51,943 nt of DNA, from assembly GCA_049724395.1 (NCBI GenBank), contig JAUGWO010000018.1:62001-113943 (forward strand), read 5' to 3'. The stretch comes from Spongospora subterranea f. sp. subterranea. Taxonomy: Eukaryota. This document shows positions 48,706 to 51,943 of this stretch, piece after piece (positions within the stretch are counted from its first letter, which is position 1; the number at the start of each line of letters is the position of its first letter). Below the pieces are notes generated by a model. The model saw nothing but the letters and a program-made list of their open reading frames with translations, was not told where the DNA came from and did not search any database. The position numbers and the translations under genes are program-made.

Positions 48706-49362
48706 ACTGACACTGTACTTGTGTATATACACCAGGGTGTCACACCTGACACTCCTGACATGATCACGTACTGTATATACACCAGGGACTCACCAGGGTG
48801 TCGCGATCATGTACTGTATATACACCAGGGACTCACCAGGGTGTCGCACCTGACTGACAAGTTCATGTACTGACAGTGTACTGTATATACACCAGGGTGT
48901 CACACCTGACACTCCTGACATGATCATGTACTGTATATACACCAGGGACTCACCAGGGTGTCGCACCTGACTGACAAGTTCATGTACTGACAGTGTACTG
49001 TATATAGTCACACCTGACACTCCTGACATGATCATGTACTGTATATACACCAGGGACTCACCAGGGTGTCGCACCTGACTGACAAGTTCATGTACTGACA
49101 GTGTACTGTATATACACCAGGGTGTCACACCTGACACTCCTGACATGATCATGTACTGTATATACACCAGGGACTCACCAGGGTGTCGCACCTGACTGAC
49201 AAGTTCATGTACTGACAGTGTACTGTATATACACCAGGGTGTCACACCTGACATGATCATGTACTGTATATTACACCAGGGACTCACCAGGGTGTCGCAC
49301 CTGACTGACAAGTTCATTTACTGACAGTGTACTGTATATACACCAGGGTGTCACACCTGACA
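48706..49362. repeat. Complex minisatellite, ~117-bp unit x ~5.5, built of nested sub-repeats
   Basis: gtgtcgcacc recurs at 48841, 48958, 49066, 49183, 49292; sub-units actgtatatacaccaggg and caccagggtgtc. Confidence 0.95.
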
Positions 49363-50041
49363 TGGCCAAACTCTTGTCAGAATGGAAATCCGCAAGGGTT
49401 GCGCTATAGGTTATACAAATCTGTTGGATTTCCTTTGTCGCTGTAGAATCGGTCCATATTCCGAGGGTTCTATTGAAAAGCCCTTAGTGTCAGACCGGAG
49501 TAAAACCTCTCAAAGCTCATTGAGCTGTGATAGACGTTTTCGTGGATCCTATACAGAAGTTTTATGATTTGCGTTTGACATCTTAGGTGCCTCCGGGTAG
49601 GTCTGCCAAACTTTTCAGCAGTTGAAGATCTATCCTGGCCGCGGTTACTACAAATTCTAGTCTCCGTCCTTGTTGGTCTTGAACCTTTTCCCAAGCAGAG
49701 TTTTGATGCCACGCTTAAAATATTCAGTCATGGACGGCTACAATGGGGCTTGGCCGTGTCAACAAAATCCCCGAATTAGTTTTCTATTCGCGTTTATTGA
49801 ATATAATCGTACCGGTTTAAACTGGAATTGCGAGACGGTAATTCCCGTCTTCATTTCACTAGAAAGACCCCTCAAATCTGTAGCGTTTTCGGCACCGACT
49901 TATTGCAACGTTGACTGTACTGTAGGTACGGTAATCCCATAGTGGGGTAACGGAAAATGAGATGGATGATGCGTTGCACGGCATGGAAGATATGTTACAT
50001 TAATTATGATAGATTGATGTATTGATGAGGTATTTCAAATT

Positions 50042-51943
50042 CTACATTGATAGTGGTTGCATTAAGTCAAAAGATCCTGTCCCTGATCGGACGACCTGAC
50101 CAAGAATGATACGGGCGCTGGGAGACAGCTGCGAATCCTCTTCGCCGAACAAGATCGCATCCGTTAAGAACTTCGTTGATGTTTCGTAGGTCATCTTGAG
50201 CCATGGCGAGCCGTTGTCATCAATTCCTGTTCTGTTCAACGCCTTGAATCCACCATTCCACGTCATATAATCAGCTAGAAGATATAGATGCCTGTAATCA
50301 ACCTATTTCCAAATCCAGTAATCAGGTACACATCAAGAGAGCTACCTGATCAACGTACCGAAATCCCATAAACAGCAAAGACAGAGGTGATTTCTTTGAC
50401 AATAGCTGCTCTTGCACATTCAACGCCGTATGTTTGAAGGATGGCAGCAATATCATTAGTTTTGATTTGATTAACGTCAACCAAATGAGCATAAGCCCAA
50501 ATAGCATGGAAATTGACGCCATCTGTTTGAACGATGTTGATATCTTCTTTTTGACCAGGCACAGACCGTGTGGTGACATAGCATTTGGTGATGGATGGAG
50601 TGGATCTGACAAGAACAAGAGACTGGACTCGATCAACAAGTGACATAATCAGTAAACGTTTTGAAGATAATGGCATCTGTAATGTCAGTTCGACAAATGA
50701 ACCTGATTTGCTGAACACCAGCTTGTTTACGAAACTCGACGCTCCAGCCGAGTCGGATTCAAAAACATCTTCTTCCTCTGATTTAGGAGCTGCCGTGCTT
50801 TGCAAGCCATCCTCAATGCCATCCCGATCAAATTCATTGTCAGACTCTGACGACTCATCATCCTCTTGCAAATCGGCGTCACTTTCTTTACCGTCGTCAA
50901 CATCGCTTTCCGATTCACTTTCTGACCATCATTTTCGTCATCATCATTGTTCGGTTTAGAGTGGTTTTCATAATCATCATCTGAGCCATCCGAATCCGAT
51001 TGCCGACGCTTTTCCGATGCAACAGCTCGGACGGAGATCTTCAAACCGGAAACCCTTGAAACAGCGTTGACGAGTTTGGGGACGAATTGCTGCTCAATGG
51101 CGGTGCGTAGATCATTTAATGACAATTTAAAATCGGAAAGAGGAAGGAAATCAAGCCGGATCGAATATAACCGTTGCTTGGAGCCATCAGAACTGAGGCC
51201 AATGCATTCACGACATCTGAAACGAAGGATCAGGGATTGGGCACAAAGGTGAATATGGATGAACGTACGACGCCTCTTTGATTAACTCCTGCAGTTTGAC
51301 CATACGAAGGCGGTGAGCTAGCTGTTCAGCGTGGGCGACAGAATCCTTCGATTTGGCGAGCGTTAACTCCATCAGGGGTGTTTTGATATGAGCTGATGCT
51401 GTCATGATAATCTCGACCAGTCGGGGAATGCCCAGAGTCACGTTGGCGCCACCAAACCCAGCAAGATGGAACGTGTTCAATGTCATCTGTGTAGATGGTT
51501 CACCAAGAGATTGCGCTGTTAGCACACCAACATTCTCTCCAGGATCAGCCAAACAAATAATATACTTCATCCACATTATGAGCTCAAACTTCTCCCTGGT
51601 TAGCCCAGTTTTAGCAAACACATCGTCGTTGGCAGGGTTGTTACAGAACGCGGCGACAGCATCGTGGAAAGAATCTGATACACAGCCGAGTGATGAACCA
51701 GGATTACATACAGACAAGATAGGGGCAATGTTGTGTCGTTCAGAGCACGAGCCCAATGTTGCAATGCTAGTTCGGGATCTAAGGCGTTCAAGGCAGCACG
51801 GGGATTCAACCGCTGAAGTACCGCTTTGTAGTTCTGAGCTAACAGGTTGCGATCGCTAAGTATGAGGCTTTTTGTGACATCAATGCCGTCTTCACCATAA
51901 TTGAACATTACTGCACACTAAAACGTTATGATCGTCGACATCG
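50042..51943 (-). CDS. RPA1: RNA polymerase I largest subunit, 3' part
   Basis: [58 protein letters not shown], acidic insertion, [48 protein letters not shown]; no CTD heptads. Confidence 0.95.

Noticed and set aside
48790..49317. 175-aa repeat ORF on minus strand
   Set aside because: By-product of the 117-bp satellite.

Overview
This is compact eukaryotic genomic DNA with many short (~45-70 nt) GT-AG introns and a flagellar IFT70 gene, so the source is a flagellated microbial eukaryote. The style suggests a plasmodiophorid-like protist, but that is inference only. The left ~31 kb is gene-dense: an ABCA transporter with an unusual N-terminus, GET3, a CID-domain (RPRD1/Rtt103-like) gene, IFT70/TTC30, thymidylate kinase, RFC4, three MATE transporters (one pseudogene) and an RraA/HMG-aldolase gene. 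The right ~19 kb is transposon debris (Ty3/gypsy, MULE, hAT, Copia) and tandem repeats surrounding an intronless family of secreted, acidic-repeat proteins, ending in the RNA polymerase I large subunit gene. The most striking unexplained pattern is at least six fold-back inverted repeats of very different ages, five of them recognisably made of retroelement coding sequence (Copia RT, Penelope-like RT, two gypsy integrases, Copia gag). Three sit 150-230 bp downstream of housekeeping-gene stop codons and are candidate Mu-killer-like hairpin-siRNA loci. A complete miniature LTR element with a 5-bp TSD and a minisatellite built from an RT motif are also present. All calls are by-eye motif recognition; no searches were run.
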